This document shows, in pieces, positions 62,891-64,000 of a stretch of DNA of 64,000 nt (within the stretch, counting starts at the first letter, position 1; each line of letters starts with the position of its first letter). Both the position numbers and the translations under genes were made by a program. The DNA comes from Dictyostelium discoideum (Eukaryota): the NCBI GenBank assembly GCA_000004695.1, contig CM000153.2, positions 4,064,001 through 4,128,000 on the forward strand. Direction: 5' to 3'. Under the pieces are notes generated by a model. It searched no databases and was not told where the DNA came from. It saw only the letters and a program-made list of their open reading frames with translations.

Positions 62891-64000
62891 ATGGAAGAAT
62901 GTTCTCAAATTTCAACAATACCAGATCAAGAATCAATTGATAAAGTTGTAACACAAATTTCACCTCATCAAAAAACAATGGATCCATCGTCAGTGGGGTT
63001 TGTATATCATTGGATGTTTTCAATGATGGCATCAGCTTTAAATTTCAATAAACCAACCCCTTTGCCAACCGATAATATTATATTGGACAACAATGAAAAG
63101 GATAATAGCGATGGTGAAAATTTCATCCGATCTTCATTGGGTAATATAAGACTCTCTGCAAGTAGCGAAGAACCTGAATCCGATCCATTTTATACAAATA
63201 ATCATCATGATAGCAGTGATGACGATAGTGATCAACAAAATCAAGATAAAGAAAACGATGAAATAGTAAATAGTAATAACAATAACAATAATATAAATCC
63301 TAATAAATGTACAAAAAAAGATGAAAATAATAACAATAGTATCAAAACAACACAACATATAAATCAAAATAACTTTTTAACTTTACCTTCTAGTACTACA
63401 AAGAAAACATTAATTTTAGATTTGGATGAAACTTTAGTTCATTCAACATTAAAACCAGTAACACATCATCAAATTACAGTTAAAGTTTTAATTGAAGATA
63501 TGGATTGTACATTTTATGTTATTAAAAGACCACATGTTGATTACTTTTTGGAAAAGGTTTCACAATGGTACGATATAGTAATTTTCACTGCCAGTATGCA
63601 ACAATATGCCGATCCATTACTCGATCAATTAGATACTCATAAAGTTTTCAAAAAAAGATTATTTAGAGATGTATGTATTAATTAATTATTTATTGTATTA
63701 AAAATGAATTTTATTTTAACTTTTTTTTTATTTTATTTTATTTTTTTTTTTTTTTTATTTTTTTTTATTTTTAGTCTTGTTTAGAAAAAGATGGAAATTT
63801 CGTAAAAGATTTATCAATGATTGATCAAGATTTAACTTCAACTATTATTATTGATAATTCACCAATTGCATACTCGAATAACCTTGAAAATGCTTTACCA
63901 ATTGATAATTGGATGGGTGATAATCCATCTGATACTTCTTTGTTATCATTGTTACCATTCTTGGAAATCATTAGACACGTTCAAGATGTTAGAAGTATCC
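62891..64000 (+). CDS. FCP1/NIF-type CTD small phosphatase-like protein (CTDSP/Dullard family), partial (runs off the window); exon 1 62891..~63670, exon 2 ~63775..>64000
   Basis: DLDETLVHS (DxDxT catalytic motif), RPHVDYFLEKVSQWYDIVIFTASMQQYADPLLDQLD; the GTATGT donor after ...RLFRD and a TTTTAG acceptor continue SCLEKDGNFVKDLSMIDQDL...IIIDNSPIAYS...LPIDNWMGDNPSDTSLLSLLPFLE, collinear with human CTDSP1. Confidence 0.8.

Overview
The window has very low GC (about 20-25%), long poly-A/T intergenic tracts, and codon microsatellites ((AAT)n, (CAA)n) inside ORFs that encode poly-Asn/poly-Gln. Its genes are interrupted by short AT-rich introns with GTAAGT/GTATGT donors and (T)nAG acceptors. This is the signature of a Dictyostelium-type (social amoeba) nuclear chromosome, not a prokaryotic or phage locus. 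I found no CRISPR arrays, operons, rho-independent terminators, tRNA/rRNA genes or recognisable transposons. The dominant feature is a head-to-tail tandem array of three very large paralogous genes on the + strand (14435-19912, 21057-26282, 27463-33183). Each fuses a secreted or lumenal subtilisin-like (S8) serine protease to an ABC-B half transporter (one TMD plus one NBD). This is the architecture of the Dictyostelium tagB/tagC/tagD cluster, so it is an already described, unusual family rather than a new system. The rest of the window holds ordinary, mostly intron-containing housekeeping and signalling genes. I rebuilt several exons by hand because the ORF track misses them, and this includes a whole three-exon QCR7 gene. 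The genes are Sec63, an AGC kinase with a PH-like N-terminus, ribosomal protein S10e, a SANT+ZZ (ZZZ3-like) protein, ROMO1/Mgr2, QCR7, an RGS-domain protein, CAAX protease Ste24, a large Asn-rich protein with a peptidoglycan-binding-like domain, and a Roco (DEP-DEP-LRR-Roc-COR-kinase) protein whose Roc P-loop and switch II look degenerate. There is also a Sec12/PREB-like WD40 protein with a tail-anchor micro-exon, a small two-TM protein, and the 5' part of an FCP1/NIF-type CTD phosphatase. Splice-junction coordinates were derived by eye and may be off by 1-2 bp. Several intergenic blocks look like sequence-quality or assembly artefacts (homopolymer runs punctuated by GGGG/CCCC).
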